In this document: piece by piece, positions 5,171-6,643 of the stretch
Layout: each line of letters opens with the position of its first letter
How positions within the stretch are numbered: position 1 is the first letter of the stretch
Assembly: GCA_027341315.1 (NCBI GenBank)
Contig: DAIENA010000015.1
Location: 1-6,643, forward strand
Direction: 5' to 3'
Length of the DNA stretch: 6,643 nt
DNA from: an archaeon
GTDB taxonomy: Archaea > Nanobdellota > Nanobdellia > Pacearchaeales > GW2011-AR1
Made by a program: the position numbers and the translations under genes
The notes under the pieces: generated by a model
What the model saw: the letters and a program-made list of their open reading frames with translations, nothing else
What the model was told of the DNA's origin: nothing
Databases searched by the model: none

Positions 5171-6174
5171 TAAATTTTTACCTCTCCGTCGCATTTTTTA
5201 TTTTTTATAATTGCCTGAATGTCTTCGAGAGCAGTATTAAGAATTCTTTTAAGCGCTTCTTCACTGTAAAAAGCGATATGGGGGGTTATAATCACATTGT
5301 CAAATGTTAAAAGAAGATGATCCTCAATAAGAGTTTCAAGTTTTTTCTTTGGAAAATGAAGAGATAAAAGTTCAGCTTCCTCTTTTATCAAAAGTTCTCC
5401 TTCTAAAACATCGAGTCCGGCGCCGCCTATACGTTTTTCAGACAAAGCTTTGACTAATGAGGGAGTGTCGATTAAATCTCCCCTTGCAGTATTAATTAGA
5501 AGAGAATTTTTTTTCATGATTTTTAGATTGTTTGCATTAATCAAGTGGTGATTTTTTTTTGTGTATGGACAGTGAAGGGAAACAACGTCAGAATTTTTAA
5601 GAAGCTCGCGAAGAGAAGTATATCTGAAATTGAATTTTTTTTCAAGACTCTTGTTTGGAAACGGATCATATGCAACAACCTCCATCTCGAATCCGTTTGC
5701 GATTCGGGCGACGTGACGGCCAATACTTCCCATCCCGATAATTCCAAGAGTTTTTCCTTTTAAATCAAATCCTTCAAGATTTTCAAGAGAAAAATTTCCC
5801 TTGGTTGTTTGGTCATAAGCTTTATTTATTTTTCGTGAGAGAGAAAGTATCAAAGCAAAAGTGTGCTCAGCGACGGTGTTTTGTCCATAGTCCGGGACAT
5901 TGTAAATTTTTATTTTTTTCTTTTTGCATGCCCCTGCATCAATGTGATCAATTCCAGTCGAACGTGTAACAATCGCTTTTAATTTTTTAAGTTTTGATAA
6001 AATTTTTTTGTTCACGTTTGAATAAATAAAAACACTTATAATTTCAGCGTTTTCAATAAGGCTTAAATCAACTTCGTTTATTTTTTCTTTTGAGAAAAAT
6101 AGTTTATGTCCTTTTAGATCATTCTGGATATACTTTTTTTCTAAATCGTTTATTTCAAAAAATGCAATTTTCAT
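5170..6174 (-). CDS. ldhA: NAD-dependent D-isomer-specific 2-hydroxyacid dehydrogenase, fermentative D-lactate dehydrogenase (LdhA)-like
   Basis: 334 aa. Similar to E. coli LdhA along its length by eye (KINKAYDQTTKGNFSLENLEGFDLKGKTLGIIGMGSIG versus [38 protein letters not shown]). It has the GxGxxG fold (Gly147/149/152) and the catalytic triad Arg231 (NTARG), Glu260 (DVLEGE) and His299 (TPHIAF). The ATG overlaps the pgi TGA (ATGA). Confidence 0.85.
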   Translation of the reverse strand: MKIAFFEINDLEKKYIQNDLKGHKLFFSKEKINEVDLSLIENAEIISVFIYSNVNKKILSKLKKLKAIVTRSTGIDHIDAGACKKKKIKIYNVPDYGQNTVAEHTFALILSLSRKINKAYDQTTKGNFSLENLEGFDLKGKTLGIIGMGSIGRHVARIANGFEMEVVAYDPFPNKSLEKKFNFRYTSLRELLKNSDVVSLHCPYTKKNHHLINANNLKIMKKNSLLINTARGDLIDTPSLVKALSEKRIGGAGLDVLEGELLIKEEAELLSLHFPKKKLETLIEDHLLLTFDNVIITPHIAFYSEEALKRILNTALEDIQAIIKNKKCDGEVKI

Positions 6175-6638
6175 TTCTTCGAAAGAATCCTCTTTTTAAA
6201 TTTAAAACTGTAATCGTGTCCGGAGTCTTTCGAATAAATCGACAAAAATTCGAGTTGCGTTTTTCCGACGTTGACGGCGCGGTGTCCGGCGCGAGCGGGA
6301 ATGGTATAAAAATAATCTTTTTTCATTTTAACAACTTGTGCAGATTTTTCCTGGAGGATTAATTTTCCCTCTCCAGAAATTAAAAGGTAACCTTCCTTTC
6401 TTGGTTTTTTATGTTTATGTCCTTTTGTCATAAAAAATTCGCCGTTAATGTTTCCGGCTTCAAGAACAGTGAGTGTTACTTCAAACGTTCCGAAGTCGCG
6501 CACGTAAAGTGTGTAAAGAATGGGATTTCCGCCGACGTTGTTTGTGTTTTCGAATCGGTCGCGCATGTCGTTAAGTCGTCGAACGACTTTTTTGTCATAT
6601 TCCTTTTTTAAATTTTTGAATGATGTTGAGATTTTCAT
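6171..6638 (-). CDS. pgiA: Cupin-type glucose-6-phosphate isomerase (cPGI)
   Basis: 155 aa that aligns by eye with Pyrococcus furiosus cPGI: KKVVRRLNDM versus KKSVRRLSDM, EFFMTKGHKHKKPRKEGY versus EFFFTKGHFHAKLDRAEVY, IPARAGHRAVNVG versus VPPYWAHRTVNIG, plus SGHDY. The predicted metal ligands are His74, His76, Glu82 and His119. The frame is still open in the 5 nt upstream of the ATG at the window edge, so the true start could lie outside the window. Confidence 0.85.
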   Translation of the reverse strand: MKISTSFKNLKKEYDKKVVRRLNDMRDRFENTNNVGGNPILYTLYVRDFGTFEVTLTVLEAGNINGEFFMTKGHKHKKPRKEGYLLISGEGKLILQEKSAQVVKMKKDYFYTIPARAGHRAVNVGKTQLEFLSIYSKDSGHDYSFKFKKRILSKK

Positions 6639-6643
6639 TTTAT

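Noticed and set aside
5541-5763. 68-aa minus-strand and 72-aa plus-strand ORFs inside ldhA
   Set aside because: They are alternative-frame or antisense ORFs within a full-length, motif-complete dehydrogenase gene. No start signals.
3877-6174. Alternative reading of the dehydrogenase plus histidine phosphatase as a phosphorylated serine pathway (SerA plus dPGM-like phosphoserine phosphatase)
   Set aside because: The dehydrogenase resembles fermentative LdhA much more closely than SerA. No SerC aminotransferase is present. The phosphatase carries the dPGM-specific FTGW and AHGNS motifs. The hypothesis still needs enzymology for formal exclusion.
6090-6611. Plus-strand ORFs of 90 aa and 66 aa antisense to ldhA and pgiA
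   Set aside because: They are shadow ORFs overlapping two genes whose products align with characterised enzymes.
1-6643. Search for CRISPR repeats, tRNA/rRNA genes, IS elements, integrases, toxin-antitoxin pairs or known defence genes
   Set aside because: There are no regularly spaced direct repeats and no tRNA-like T-arm or acceptor signatures in any spacer (the longest is 134 nt). I recognised no transposase, integrase or nuclease motifs and no terminal inverted repeats flanking any gene. On the evidence visible here, the window looks like core chromosome rather than an accessory island.

Overview
The window is AT-rich (about one-third G+C by hand counts) and very gene-dense. I call 13 protein-coding genes, 11 of them on the minus strand, separated by spacers of 0-134 nt. 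Four neighbouring pairs overlap stop and start codons (three ATGA, one TAATG). Several features point to an archaeon: a short archaeal-type triosephosphate isomerase, a Gins51-like protein, a TrmB-family regulator, a cupin-type phosphoglucose isomerase, and A/T-rich TATA-like boxes about 25-30 nt upstream of start codons that lack a Shine-Dalgarno (SD) motif. The small genes and tight packing suggest a streamlined, DPANN-like fermentative lineage, but that is inference only. Gene content from left to right: a C-terminal gene fragment; a small 2-TM protein coupled to YbjQ/UPF0145; a TrmB-like regulator transcribed divergently from a small exported protein; thioredoxin coupled to a small winged-helix regulator; a 143-aa ORFan; a Gins51-like protein; and a tightly coupled operon of cupin PGI, D-lactate dehydrogenase, TIM and dPGM-type phosphoglycerate mutase. 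I found no rRNA, tRNA, CRISPR array, transposase, integrase or recognisable defence gene. I cannot point to a clearly novel multi-gene system. The most checkable leads are the mixed-origin fermentation operon, a perfect 21-bp palindrome between two divergent TATA boxes next to trmB, a possible thiol-redox module (exported WCxxC protein, Cys-bearing wHTH, thioredoxin), and the unrecognised 143-aa protein. All homology statements come from motif recognition by eye, not from database searches.
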